A stretch of DNA of 64,000 nucleotides, taken from Malacoraja senta (Eukaryota). Below the pieces are notes generated by a model. That model saw only the letters and a program-made list of their open reading frames with translations. It was not told the origin of the DNA and made no database searches. The stretch is taken from contig CM075990.1 of assembly GCA_038087875.1 (NCBI GenBank), positions 12,650,001 to 12,714,000 on the forward strand, given 5' to 3'. Below, piece after piece: positions 1-12,564 of this stretch; the stretch's first letter is position 1; each line of letters begins with the position of its first letter. The position numbers were made by a program, and so were the translations under genes.

Positions 1-202
1 CTTTAGCCCTGTGTGATGGTGTGTAAATTATCCAACATGTCTCCGGACAGTGAGCATTTTCCCTGGAGGTTAGAGAGGAAACTCCGTCCTGGGTCTTTAT
101 ATCATCCAGTCACACCCTTGCTGTTATCTGCTGCTGTCTTGTCTCGTTCTGGCTTAGAATAATTCCTTCCCCTTGAGCCGTGTGTTTTGTTTGATGAGAC
201 AG

Positions 203-340
203 AAGCCCGTGTTTGAAGACGTGTCCCTGGGCACGGTGATTCTCCAGGTGCGCGCCGTGGATGCAGATAACGGCCGATTCTCCCAGATCGAATACAACCT
301 TGTCGACGGCGAGGGCCGGTTTGGAATCAACCATGAAACG
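203..340 (+). CDS. CDH23: Cadherin-23 exon 51 (gene continues upstream of window)
   Basis: ag|AAGCCC...GAAACG|gtgag, 138 nt; KPVFEDVSLGTVILQVRAVDADNGRFSQIEYNLVDGEGRFGINHET, cadherin repeat matching CDH23. Confidence 0.93.
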
Positions 341-446
341 GTGAGATGGATTATAATTCCACCCGCTCAATAATCATCCAGAATAAATGAGCAACTTGTA
401 ATGAAGGACAGGAAACCCTGAAACGAGTCTTATTAAAGGTACAATA

Positions 447-776
447 GGGCGGTCACGGTGGCGCAGCGGTAGAGTTGCTGCCTTACAGCGAATGCAGCGC
501 CAGAGACCCGGGTTCGATCCCGACTACGGGCGCTGTCTGCACGGAGTTTGTACATTCTCCCCGTGGCCTTTCTCCGAGGTATTCTCCGAGATCTTCAGTT
601 TCCTCCCACACTCCAAAGACGTACAGGTTTGTAGGTTAATTGGCTTGGTAAATGTAAAAAATGGTCCCAAGTGGGTGTAGGATAGTGTCAATGTGCAGGG
701 ATTGCTGGTCAGCGCGGACCCGGTGGGCCGAAGGGCCTGTTACCGCGCTGTATCTCTAAACTAAACTAAACTAAAC
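447..776 (+). mobile_element. tRNA-derived V-SINE (HE1-like)
   Basis: A box TGGCGCAGCGG, B box GGTTCGATCCC, V-domain GGAGTTTGTACATTCTCCCCGTG...TTTCCTCCCACACTCCAAAGAC, (AAACT)n tail. Confidence 0.88.
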
Positions 777-952
777 GAGTAAGAATCTTTCTCAATATCC
801 TCCGGGGCGAGTGAGCATCATTGGCTTGGTCGGACATTAGTGCCCATCCCTCGTTGCGCTTGAGAAGGCAGGACCTTCATGCTGCAGACCATGTGGTGAA
901 GGTGATCCTTCAGTGCAGTATCTCCCAGTCTGGGTGGTTTCCTCTGGCTGCA

Positions 953-1238
953 TTAGTTTAGAGATACAGCGCTGAAACAGGCCCTTTGGCCCACCGAGTC
1001 CACGCCGACCAGCGATCCCCACACACTAACACTACCCTACACACACTAGGGATAATTTACAATTTTACCAAGCCAATTAACCAACAAACCTGGGAGGAAA
1101 ACGGAGCCCGCGGGGAAAACCCACGCAGTCACGGGGAGAACGTACAAACTCTGTACAGACAACACCCGTAGTCAGGATCGAACCTGGGTCTCTGGCGCTA
1201 TAAGGCAATAACTCTACCGCTACGCCACCGTGCCGCCC
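953..1238 (-). mobile_element. V-SINE (HE1-like)
   Basis: Reverse complement of the 447-776 family. Confidence 0.87.
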
Positions 1239-2748
1239 ATTAGGAGACGGGGAGAAATCCTTTTGTTCAGACAATGATGACTGTTTGGAATTCTCTACCA
1301 AGGAGAGCTGTGCAGACTTGATTGTTCTTCGAACACTAAGATGGAAGCAGTTCCCTCCCAGGGAACTGAATGAATGGGGAGCAGGCACCAAGGGCTCTTT
1401 GTCTGCTGCTGTTGCTGCTCCTGTTTCTCGTGTCTTATGTTTTATGTTCCTACACCTGGATTTATGATACGAAGAAGTGTTCACATTCCCCAAGGGTTGT
1501 TGGAGAATTTAAATCATTTAATCACATAAATCTGGAATAAAAACCTGCTGTTAGTATTGATCACCACAATACACCGGAGTCTCATAAAAAAAACATCTGG
1601 ATCGATTAATAAAATAATAAAAAAAATTAATTCTTTATTTCAAACAGAATAAAAAATAAAAAGCAAGTATGAAACAGCATACAAAAAAACAAAACAAGAA
1701 TATTTATAAAGTGTCATAAACAATATTTATAAATAAATGAATCGTATGTGTCCGAAAAGGAGCAGGAAGAAGCCAAAGCTTATTAATTCCCACCCCTTAT
1801 TCAACTGCATATTATCTTATACAAATTTAGCAGCTATAAACACCTATTTCCATATGTACATCAAATTATTTATTTATACACTAATCAAATATTTAAAGCC
1901 ATACAAAAAAAGAGAGAGAAAAAAAGAAAAGAAAAAAGAAAAATAAAAACCCCTCATGTACTATACAGTATCTCTTATATACTTATAGGGTGACTTATAT
2001 ATGGGTCATATATACAACCCATCACCCTATAATCGCCCTTCCCAATACAATCAGTATAACAAATATCCCACTCAAAATCACCTAACCTCCTCCATTCATA
2101 GATTATCTGAAGGGGTAGACTGGGCCGGTGCGGAGGCCTGACTGAAACCTGAACCCAGGACTGGATGAATAGTTATGTTTTCTGACCTATGGACCTTTCT
2201 CCTAAGTTGTATTATTGATAGTTGATCTTACATTTTTAATTTCTTCTTTTTATTTCTTTATTTTCTTTATTTTTATTATTTATAAATATAAATAAATAAT
2301 TAGAGGCAACGTTAATATGTAACCGATAAAGGAGGACCCCAGCTGCTTTGGTAACTGGGTACCCGGAACCCTGCATACTTAATATGTAATCGTTATACAA
2401 AGTATGTAATGGGTTGGACTATGATATGCAGATACCTCTAATAAAAAAATTAAATTACATTTTTTTTTTTTTTAAATCACCTATCCTCATCCCAATATCC
2501 TTTTGTACTTATGTACCTTAAGGTAGTAAACCTGCACATGTACCAATCCAGACCAACACTCAGTAAGTGAACCAAACTGTTAGCTTTCTGTAAATGGATC
2601 TTATCAGGGAAATTAAAGAAAATTGATCAATTGTGACTTAATTAAGGGAAACGTTGATAGGATTTGGACCAATGTTTGAAGTGTTAAGTTGAGTGCGTGT
2701 GAGTAAAGTTGCCACAGTGTTAAACGTGCTCTTGTCTCTCAAATAAAG

Positions 2749-2868
2749 GGCGATATTTATATTCTGGCTGCACTTGATCGGGAGAAGAAAGACCACTACA
2801 CGCTGACAGCCGTTGCCAAGGACAACCCAGGCGACATTGCACGTAATCGCAGAGAGAACGCTGTGCAG
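2749..2868 (+). CDS. CDH23: Cadherin-23 exon 52
   Basis: aag|GGCGAT...GTGCAG|gtaac, 120 nt; GDIYILAALDREKKDHYTLTAVAKDNPGDIARNRRENAVQ (not in ORF track). Confidence 0.95.
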
Positions 2869-3203
2869 GTAACTCCCTCAGCGACTCACGCGTGGTGGCA
2901 AATGCTTCAAGATCATGGGACTTTCACAGGAGTTCATTGGAGAAATGTATCGATTCTACTACTCTGGAATTGTCACACTGGGAACACACAACTTGGAAGT
3001 GTGCAGCCCCACAGTACCAGGCCATGGACATGATCCCTATCCTTCCCTTCCCTGCGTACCCATGTACCTACCAATACCTCTACCAAAATGCCTCTTAAAG
3101 CCCACTGTTGTATCTGCCTCCACTACCGCCCCCCACAGTCCATGTCTGCACCCAATGTTGCGAATGTTCTTTGCACAAAAAAATACTTCTCCCTTAAACT
3201 TTG

Positions 3204-3392
3204 AAGGTAGACAAAAGTGCTGGAGAAACTCAGCGGGTGCGGCAGCATCTATGGAGCGAAGGAAATAGGCAACGTTTCGGGCCGAAACGTTGCCTATTTC
3301 CTTCGCTCCAAGGATGCTGCTGCACCCGCTGAGTTTCTCCAGCACTTTTGTCTACCTTCGATTTTCCAACATCTGCAGTTCCTTCTTAAACA
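3204..3392. repeat. Fold-back (inverted) PLE-repeat insertion with 17-bp TSD
   Basis: About 78-bp near-perfect arms 3203-3359 centred on TTTCGGGCCGAAA; TTCTCCCTTAAACTTTG at 3187-3203 and 3393-3409. Confidence 0.85.
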
Positions 3393-4015
3393 TTCTCCCT
3401 TAAACTTTGTCCCTTTCAACTTAAAGCAATGCCCCTCTCGTCTTTGACATTTCCACTTTGAGAAAAGGATTATGACTGTCCATCATATCTATGCCTCTAA
3501 TCATTTTATATACGTCTATCAGGTTGCCCTCAACCTCTGACAATCCAGAGAAAACAATTCCAGTTTGTCTGAGCTCTCCTTATAGCTAATACCTGCTTCT
3601 TCTTGCATATGGCGTGCACAGTCTAAAGTTGTAGGGCAACTTGTTCTATTTGATCTTATTTGATTGTGCATTCGTCGAAACAGGGCAGACCATGTGAAGG
3701 TTGCAATCTCCCACCCCTAGTACCCGCTAATCCATGCATCATTCTGGTCAACATGTCCGCAACATGATAGATATAATCTCCAGGGCCTCCATCTCAGGGA
3801 AGAGGTTGGTCTCGGCGAGGGTGCAGGAGATATTAACCAGAGTAATTCTTTTGTTGAAAGGATTCAACGTGGAGTTCCGGAACTGGGGTTGTGTTCTTCG
3901 AAGTTTAGTAAAATAGCAGGTTTTAATTGAGGGCCTGTAGATGAATCAAGAATGTTGTGGGGCAGGTACCGCTCCCTCTGATGGAAGAGCCCAGAAGAAA
4001 ATGAGCTTTTTTGTT

Positions 4016-4329
4016 CAGTTTGTTAGTTTCGAGATACAACACTGCAACAGGCCCTTCGGCCCACCGAGTCCGCGCCGACCAGTACCGATCTCCGTACACT
4101 AACACTATCCTACACACACTAGAGAGAATTTGCAATTCAACCGCGCCAAGTAAGCTACAAACCTGCACGTCTTTGGAGTGTGGGTGGAAACCGGAGATCC
4201 TGGAGAAAACCCACATGGGTCAGGGGAAGAACATAGAAACTCTGTACAGACAGCACCCGTAGTCAGGATCGAACCCGGGTCCCTGGCGCTGTGAGGCAGC
4301 AACTCTGCCGCTGCGCCACCGTGCCGCCC
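4016..4329 (-). mobile_element. V-SINE (HE1-like)
   Basis: Same family, full length. Confidence 0.87.
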
Positions 4330-4430
4330 AATAGGAGACAGGGAGAAATCTTTTCGCTCAGAAAGTGGTGAATCTTTGAAGTCTACCGCTGTACCACCAT
4401 GCTGCTCGAATCTTATAATAACTAGAATAA

Positions 4431-4980
4431 TAGACAATAGACAATAGAAAATACAATAGACAATAGGTGCAGGAGTAGGCCATTCGGCCCTTCGAGCCAG
4501 CACCGCCATTCAATGTGATCATGGCTGATCATCCCCAATCAGTACCCGGTTCCTGCCTTCTCCCCATATCCCCTGACTCCGCTATTTTAAGAGCCCTATA
4601 TAGTTCTCTCTTGAAAGCATTCACCGCCCTCTGAGGCAGAGAATTCCACAGACTCACCACTCTCTGTGGGAAAAAGTGTTTCCTCGTCTCCGTTCTAAAT
4701 GGCTTACTCCTATTTTTAAACTGTGGCCCCTGGTTCTGGACTCCCCCAACATCGGGAACATGTTTCCTGCCTCTAGCATGTCCAAACCCTTAACAATCTT
4801 ATATATTTCAATGAGATCCCCTCTCATCCTTCTAAACTCCAGAGTGTACAAGCCCAGCCGCTCCATTTTCTCAGCATATGACAGTCCCGCCATCCCGGGA
4901 ATTAACCTTGTAAACCTACGCTGCACTCCCTCAATAGCAAGAATGTCCTTCCTCAAATTAGGGGACCAAAACTGCACACA
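4431..4980 (-). mobile_element. CR1 (HER1-like) LINE 3' fragment
   Basis: QFWSP..KDILAIEGVQRRFTRLIPG..LGLYTLE.RR.RGDLIE; (ATTGTCT)n tail. Confidence 0.9.
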
Positions 4981-5750
4981 ATAATCTTACAATTGTAGCC
5001 AAGCCATCATTGTGCAATGCTAAGAAAGCTTTTAGACACCGAGGCTAGTGGGAACCTAGTAAGGTCATACATTTGCCCAATGTTTCAGTGGTTGTAGGTG
5101 AAGTGTATAAAACTCTACATGAAGCGGAGGAGAGAGTCAGCAAGTGAGAGGGCAGGAGGATCTGTGCGGGATGGAGAGCAATGGTAGGTGGAGGAGATAT
5201 AAGGATGGGGAGGTCATAAGGAATAGGAGTAGAATTAGGCCATTTGGCCCATCAAGTCTACTCCGCCATTCAATCATGGCTGCTCTATCTCTCTGTCCTA
5301 ACCCCATTCTACTGCTTTGCCCCATAACCTCTGACACCTGTACTAATCAAGAATCTATCTGTCTCGGCCTTAACAATATCCACTGTTGGAGATGTGGGGG
5401 AGCAGGAAGTGTCGGTGTGGAAGAGGGGTACATCACACTTCCGTGCTTAATATCGCTGTCAATCCAACAAATTACAAAGCAAGTGTCAAAACAAAGGTCA
5501 TCTCTCTTTATTTGTTTTAACTTGCTGATTCTGTGATTGCATCAGATGTTTTTGAGAAGTGAAAGAGGATGTGGTGACTTTCATAATGTGTCAAGCATTT
5601 GGCCAGTTACGTAGGACTTTGTGCCCGCTCCAGGTTGATTGGCAGAGATACTTCCACGGAGTTCCAATCACTCGTTGCTGAGCTCCTGCCCGGAATTTTC
5701 ACCCGTTTATATCCATGGGACATATCCTGCGGAACCGTTCCCAGGGATGT

Positions 5751-6050
5751 TTTAGTTTCGTTCAGAGATACAGCGCGGAAACAGGCCCTTCGGTCCACCG
5801 AATCCGCGCTGACCACCGATCCCCGCACATCAACACTATTCTACACACACTAGGGACAATTTACACTTATACCAAGCCAATTATCCTACAAACCCGCACG
5901 TCTTTGGAGTGCGGAAGGAAACCGGAGCACCCGGAGAAAGCCCACGTGGTCACGGGGAGAACGTACAAACTCCATACAGACAGCACCCGTAGTCAGGATC
6001 GAACCCGGGTCTCTGGCGCTGTGAGGCACCAACTTTTCCCACTGCACCGC
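5751..6050 (-). mobile_element. V-SINE (HE1-like)
   Basis: Same family. Confidence 0.87.
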
Positions 6051-6240
6051 CCCTCTCCTACTCATTCACTTACAACCCCTCCCATCCCCCATCTTCTATG
6101 AACTATTTTCGCATGACTTTGAGCCTGCATATTTGACACTGTTTAGACTTCATCTGTGGCTTCTCACTGGAGTTGTCCATTCTTCGGAACCGAACATGTC
6201 CCATTTGCCTATTGCGGCGGAGCTTCTGAATATCCAACCA

Positions 6241-6538
6241 GTGGTGCAGCGGTAAATTTGCAGCGCCGGAGACCCGGGTTCGATCCTGACTACGGGTGCT
6301 GTCTGTACGGAGTTTGTACCTTCTCCCCGTGACCTGTGTGGGTTTTCTCCGGGTGCTCCGGTTTCCTCCCACACTCCAAAGACGTACAGGTTTGCAGGTT
6401 AATTGGCTTGGTATAATGTAAAATTGTCCCTAGTGGGTGTAGGATAGTGTTAGTGTACGGGATTGTCGCTGGTCGGCGTGGACTCAGTGGGCCGAAGGTC
6501 CTGTTTCCACGCTGTATCTCTAAACTAAACTAAACTAA
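6241..6538 (+). mobile_element. V-SINE (HE1-like)
   Basis: Same family, (AAACT)n tail. Confidence 0.87.
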
Positions 6539-6627
6539 GCAGTGCAGAGCTTGGATATGGGTGGATAGGCTCTCTGGTCACCATGGCAAACCAGCGCTGG
6601 CCTTCGACTCTCCCCATTCCCACAGGG

Positions 6628-7060
6628 CAATAGACAATAGACAATAGGTGCAGGAGTAGATCATTCGGCCCTTCGAGCCAACACCGCCATTCAATGTGAT
6701 CATGGCTGATCATCCCCAATCAGTACCCCGTTCCTGCCTTCTCCCCATATCCCCTGACTCCGCTATCTTTAAGAGCCCTATCTAGCTCTCTCTTGAAAGT
6801 ATCCAGAGAACCGGCCTCTGAGGCAGAGAATTCCACAGACTCACAACTGTGAGAAAAAGTGTTTCCTCCGTTCTAAATGGCTTACCCCTAATTCTTAAAC
6901 TGTGGCCCCTGGTTCTGGACTCCCCCAACATCGGGAACATGTTTCCTGCCTCTAGCGGGTCCAAACACTTAACAATCTTATATGTTTCAATAAGATCCCC
7001 TCTCATCCTTCTAAACTCCAGAGTGTACAAGCCCAGCCGCTCCATTCCCCCAGCATATGA
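6628..7060 (-). mobile_element. CR1 LINE 3' fragment
   Basis: Near-copy of 4431-4880. Confidence 0.88.
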
Positions 7061-7227
7061 CATGTCCAGAGCCATCATCAAACCACTCAGAACGATGAGC
7101 ACAGCACAGGAACAGGCCCTTCGGCCCACAATCCCTATGCTGAACATGATGCCATCTGCCTGCACGAGATCCAGTGCAACTGCAGCCTAAAGGCACGGTT
7201 TAATTTCGACATTATTTCCTGCTACAG

Positions 7228-7405
7228 GTGCTGGTAACTGTCCTGGACGTTAACGACTATCGCCCCAAGTTCTCGAAGAATGTGTTCAGCACCAGCGTGT
7301 ACGAGAATGAGCCGGGAGGGACCTCGGTGGTCACCATGACAGCAATGGACCTAGACGAAGGGGAAAATGCAGAGTTACAGTACAGTATCCAGGGAGCAGG
7401 AGCAG
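7228..7405 (+). CDS. CDH23: Cadherin-23 exon 53
   Basis: cag|GTGCTG...GCAG|gtaga, 178 nt; VLVTVLDVNDYRPKFSKNVFSTSVYENEPGGTSVVTMTAMDLDEGENAELQYSIQGAGA; DxND and DxD calcium motifs. Confidence 0.95.
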
Positions 7406-7737
7406 GTAGACTCAACAGTTAACTCTTTCAGAAAATATTTCAATTGCACATCATCTTATTTATATTTGGAGCTCTTACTTTCCACGTCTTTCCAGGGACT
7501 GTATGAATGAGTACACTGCTAACCATTTTATTCTTCAGCTGGGGAGAGCTGCTGGCAAGGTCAGCGTTCAATGTCCAGTCCTAACTGCCCTTGAAAAGTC
7601 GACCATCTTCTTTTGTCCAGTATAGTTTCCAAGACTTTTACTTGATGCCATTGAAAAAGCAACCAATGGATTTCAAGTCAAGGAGATCTGAATCACTGTA
7701 GATAGTCTTCCCATGGGCCTTGGAGCCCTCAGTTTCT

Positions 7738-8288
7738 ACTTTAGCCCCAAGAGCTAAATCTAACTCTCTCTTGAAAACATCCAGTGAATTGGTCTCCACT
7801 GCCTTCTGTGGCAGAGAATTCCACAGATTCGCAACTCTCTGGGTGAAAAAGGTTTTCCTCATCTCAGTCCTACATGGCCTACCCCTTATTCTTAAACTGT
7901 GACCCCTGGATCTGGACTCCCCCAATATCGGGAATTTGTTTCCTGCCTCTAGCCTGTTCAATCCCTTCAGAATTTTATATGTTTCTATAAAATTCCCTGT
8001 CATCCTTCTAAATTCCATTGAATATAAGCCCAGTCGATCCTTTCTTTCATCATATGTCAGTCCTGCCATCCCAGGAATTACCCTGGTGAACCTACGCTGC
8101 AGTCCCTCAAGAACAAGAATGGCCTTCCTCAAATTAGGAGACCAGAAATGCACCCAATACTCCAGATGCAGTCGCACCAGGGCCCTGTACAACTGCAGTA
8201 GGACCTCCTTGCTCCTATATGGAAATCCTCTCGCTATGAAGGCCAACGTGCCAGTTGCTTTCTTCATTGCCTGCTGTACCTGCATGCT
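7738..8288 (-). mobile_element. CR1 LINE fragment
   Basis: LLQLYRALVRLHLEY..FWSP..RRFTR..LWNSLP. Confidence 0.9.
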
Positions 8289-8689
8289 GTAGAAGTTTGT
8301 TGGAGTACTCCAAGACATGTTAAATCTCTTTAAGCATCTAAGAAAGTAGAGGCACTGGAGCACCCTCTTCATGGTTCGCTCTGTGTGCTGGGCAGGGGTC
8401 TGATCACCCGTAATGTTAACGCAAGGAATCTGAAGCTGCTGACTCTCACTGACTCACCACTGAAAACTGGAATGTGGTCTCCCGACTTCCCCTTTCCAAG
8501 GTCAACGATGAGCTCCATTGTCTTGTTGATGCTGAGCGAGAGGTTGTTGTGGCAGCAGCACTTCACTTGGTGTCGAGCTGTGCATTGACTCATTGCCACA
8601 TGCTGCCAACCATCCTGGTGTCCTGGACACATTTATGGGACGGCGATGGAGCTGGGAGAGTAGAGAGGGGTCGACACGCCAAAGCAGTG

Positions 8690-9062
8690 CGGGGGGGGGG
8701 AGAGGAGAGGGATGGGGGAGGAGAGGAATGGGGGAGGGAGGTGGAGGGAGTGGAGGAGTGGGATGGGGAGGAGTGGGATGGGGGGAGAGAAGGGAGAAAG
8801 GGGGGTTAGGGGATTGGAGGAGGGAGATGGGGAAGAGAGGGGTGGGGGAGGGGAGAAGAGGGGATGGGGGAGTGGAGGAGGGAGATGGGGAGGGGAGGTA
8901 TGGGGGGGGAGGAGGGAGATGGGGAGGAGCAGGAATGGGGGGAGGGGACAAGGAGGAGGGGGATGGAAGAGAAGGGAGGAGAGGGTGGGTGGCATCGGGG
9001 GAGGGGTGTGTGGGTTAGGGGTGAGAGGAGAGTTAAACTGATAGGGGCAGGGTAGGGGAGTG
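8690..9062 (+). repeat. G/A-rich low-complexity tract
   Basis: About 370 nt of GGG(A/T) runs, nearly C-free. Confidence 0.9.
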
Positions 9063-9316
9063 GAATGAATGAGGAAGCACTGGCCATCCTTTCTGCCCCC
9101 TTGTCCTGCATCGTACAACGAGCCATGTCTGGTCGCAGAAAACAGGTCCGTCAGCAATTTCACAACCATCACTGGAAGTCAACTCCCACCACAAGATGCA
9201 AGCCCAGGAAGTTACAAAACATATTGCAATCATTGTCAAAAAGATTGTTTATGTGAGGGTTTACCGTTAATTAATACTAAAGGCTAGAAGTTGTGTTGTC
9301 AGCAAATTGGATACAT

Positions 9317-9325
9317 TTCCTCTCC

Positions 9326-9372
<47 letters not shown>

Positions 9373-9400
9373 CCTCTCCCCCTCTCTCCCTCTTCTCCTG
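9317..9400 (+). repeat. (CT)n microsatellite / pyrimidine tract
   Basis: ctctctctct... run. Confidence 0.9.
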
Positions 9401-9761
9401 TTCTCCCCCCAATCTCCACCCCACCCATTCCCAGATAGAAATCCAATGACTTAATTCAATCCAATCACATTCTGCTGCCATCAATGTCCCTTTATTGTCA
9501 CATGTACCTAGATACAGTGATTATTTTTGTTTTGTATACAATTCAATAAAATCATACTATACATAAGCACATTTGTATACAAGTACAAAAAAAGTGCAAC
9601 GATTGTGGTGTGAGAACGGTAGACTTCACTGGGACATCGCAGTGAGACAGTCCCAGCGACATCTTGTACCCTTCAAGTTTTGTCTTAAAAATGTTACAGA
9701 AGGGCCTATTCCTTTTCTCCAGACTTGCTGCCTGACCTGCTGAGTTACTCCAGCATTTTGT

Positions 9762-9797
9762 GGGTCTGAAGAAGGATCTCGACCCGAAACGTCACCT
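9762..9797 (+). ncRNA. Putative minimal hammerhead ribozyme (one stem II mismatch)
   Basis: GGGT-CTGAAGA-A-GGATC-TC-GACCC-GAAAC-GTC-ACCT; stem I GGGU/ACCU pairs. Confidence 0.55.
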
Positions 9798-10027
9798 ATT
9801 CCTTTTCTCCAGAGATGCTGCCTGACCCGCTGAGTTTCTCCAGCATTTTGTGTCTATGTTAAAAATGTAGTGTCTTATCTTGGCCTCATAGGCCCGTTGT
9901 CATGGCGACGGTACTGGGTCGGTGTTGCAGGGGTTGGCCTGGCCTGCCGATGCCAACAAAGTCCTCCACCGTCTGATATAAGACATCTGTTCTCCCTCCC
10001 TCTCTCTCTCTCTTTCTCTCGTCACAG

Positions 10028-10239
10028 AGGCCTTCAGGATCGATGTGGACACAGCAGTGATCACTACCACAAGGCTCCTGGAATCCTACGAGAGGTTTAA
10101 CTTGACCGTTGTGGCCACGGATAAAGGCAGGCCGCCATTGTGGGGAACAACTCTGCTCAAGGTCGACGTGATCGATGTCAACGACAATCGACCTATGTTT
10201 GTGAGGCCCCCCAATGGGACGATACTACATATCATGGAG
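10028..10239 (+). CDS. CDH23: Cadherin-23 exon 54
   Basis: cag|AGGCC...ATGGAG|gtaat, 212 nt, phase 1 to 0; AFRIDVDTAVI...DVIDVNDNRPMFVRPPNGTILHIME. Confidence 0.95.
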
Positions 10240-10343
10240 GTAATAGGATGGGCTGGGACCTCTGTTTCACCGGCACTGAAACGCATTGGAATGTTGCCAA
10301 TCCCATGCCCAGGCCACATCATCGCAAAACATTCACAAGATTG

Positions 10344-10646
10344 TTTAGTTTAGTTTAGAGATACAGCACGGAAACAGGTCCTTCGGCCCACCGGGTCCGC
10401 GCCGACCAGCGATCCCCGCACATTAACACTATCCTACACCCACTAGAGACAATTTTTACATTTACCAAGCCAATTGATCTATAAACCTGTACGTCTTTGG
10501 AATGTGGGAGGAAACTGAAGATCTCGGAGAAAACCCAATGCAGGTCAGGGGGTGAACGTACAAACTCTGTACAGACAGCGCCCGTAATCGGGATCGAACC
10601 CGGGTCTTCCTCACTGGATTTGCTGTAAGGCAGCAACTCTACCGCT
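10344..10646 (-). mobile_element. V-SINE (HE1-like)
   Basis: Same family; partial copy also at about 10940-11110. Confidence 0.87.
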
Positions 10647-11174
10647 GACTTAATCCACCGTGTTGTCTCCAAGAAGCTGTTAAATCCGTTAAAATGCAGC
10701 ATTAGAATAAATTTCATTTCAGCACAGTTAGTGTGAAATGTGCTGGTGTTTTTATCAGGAAGTGTGGCTGACTCTAGACACGACTAGAGATGAAAGAGAC
10801 CTCAAGTCAAGTCAAGTTTGGAGGTCCAGAGAGTCAAGAGTATTTAACTGTCATATGTATCAGAACAACCAAATTCTTATTTACTGCAGCATAACAGGCC
10901 TGTAAAGGCAATAACTGTAGATGAGTCTTTTTTAGACTTTTCGAGATACAGTGCAGAAACAGACCCTTCGGCCTCACCGAGTCCGCGCCGACCAGCGATC
11001 ACCCCGTACACTAGCACTATCCTACACACTAGGGGCAATTTACAATTTTTACCAAAGCCAATTAACCTACAAGCCCGTACGTCTTTGGGGTGTGGGGGGA
11101 ACCGGAGCACATTATGAAAATGTTGGCGGGCGTGTGGGCAAGATAGGTGAAGTATGCATTGTGTTCCTTCCCAG

Positions 11175-11366
11175 GAGAGGGAGCCGGGCTTCAATGTGTA
11201 TGAGGTGCTGGCCACTGACAACGATGAGGGTGTGAACGGAGCTGTCCGCTACAGCTTCCTGAAGACAGCCGTCAACAGAGACTGGGAGCATTTCAACATC
11301 GACCCCCTCAGTGGTATCATCAACACCACAGCCAGGTTGGACAGGGAGAAGCAAGCCGTCTATAAT
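11175..11366 (+). CDS. CDH23: Cadherin-23 exon 55
   Basis: cag|GAGAGG...TATAAT|gtgagt, 192 nt; EREPGFNVYEVLATDNDEGVNGAVRYSFLKT...LDREKQAVYN. Confidence 0.95.
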
Positions 11367-12142
11367 GTGAGTCGAGAATTGTAGTCCTTGTACACACCCC
11401 GCAATATGGTGGGAGGAACTCGTCAGAAATCTATCCGTCAGCAAACACTGCCTGATTGTTTGTCGGAAGGAACTGCAGATGCTGGTTTACACTGAAGATA
11501 GACACAAAAAGTTGGAGTAACTCAGCATCTCCGGAGAAGAGGAATAGATAACGTTTCAGGTCGAATTGAAGAAGGGTCTCGACCCGAAACATCACCAATT
11601 ATTTTTCTCCAGAGATGCTGCCTGACCTGCTAAGTTACTCCAACTTTTTGTGACTGCCTCATTGTCTCTTGAGGTCCTGCTGATGGAGTGGGTTGAAGAA
11701 GGGGGTGAGGGTTCAAGGAGGCTCATGCAGAGCACGAACCCTTTGGGCAGAATGGCCTGCTTCTGAGCTATAATGGTCCATGAGAAACTCTGAACTGACT
11801 GACGATTAGAACGCTTCCTAGGTTTTGATGTGTAGCCTCCAAAGTGAGAGCACAGTACAATTAATAGTTTGCTTGTCTTGCACTGCTTACATGGTACATT
11901 GTAACTCTATATAACATCAATAGTAAGTGGACCAGAGAGCTGCAGACCATGGGAATAGGCCTTTCAGCCCACCTTGTCCATGCTGCCAAGTTGGTTTACT
12001 GGGCGAGTCCCATTTGCTTGCATTTGGTCTGGACATGAGCTAATTCAAACACAACTGTACAGCTTGGATACTGACCCAACTTCCAAACACACTTGCTGGA
12101 AGCCTTCTCCATTGGCCTCGAGCTTTTCACTTTGGAATTTAA

Positions 12143-12460
12143 AGCTCTGTCCCACTGTACGAGTTCATTCCAAGAGCTCTCCCGAGTTTAAAAAAAATCA
12201 AACTCGTGGTAAGCACGGAGAATGAATATAGCGGGTATGTCGGAGCTCGGGGACGTCTCTTAGCGCTAACGGCAGGTACTTGGGAAGACTCGCTAACGGC
12301 AGGTAAGCACGGGAAGATTCATGAAGATTTTTCAACATGTTGAAAAATGTCCACGAGAGCCCCGAGTACCGACGAGTGGCCATTACCGTAAATCTCCGAG
12401 TTCGAATCAGGGCAAACTCGGGAGAACTCTTGGAATGAACTCGTACCATGGGACAGGGCT
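12143..12460. mobile_element. Non-autonomous DNA transposon (MITE, PIF/Harbinger-like)
   Basis: TIR CTGTCCCACTGTACGAGTTCATTCCAAGAG / CTCTTGGAATGAACTCGTACCATGGGACAG, flanked by TTAA. Confidence 0.8.
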
Positions 12461-12564
12461 TTAACTCTGCATCTTTGTGATCCTGGTGTCAAAAAGAATG
12501 CAGACCCAAATCAGTTCCTTTCCAGGAACTTTGTAAGAAGAATGCAGACTATTTAATTGTAATG

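Noticed and set aside
447..525. tRNA genes at A/B-box sites (also 31800-31862 and 14896-14975)
   Set aside because: These are SINE heads continuing into SINE bodies; no complete cloverleaf.
1610..2475. AT-rich segments resembling LINE 3' tails in both orientations
   Set aside because: Probably repeat-derived, but I cannot assign family or boundaries.
3037..3447. Same peptide (MLEKLSGC...) encoded on both strands
   Set aside because: Consequence of the DNA palindrome, not protein coding.
8474..9172. Long Gly-rich and Pro-rich ORFs on both strands
   Set aside because: By-product of the stop-free G/A low-complexity tract; no splice or homology support.
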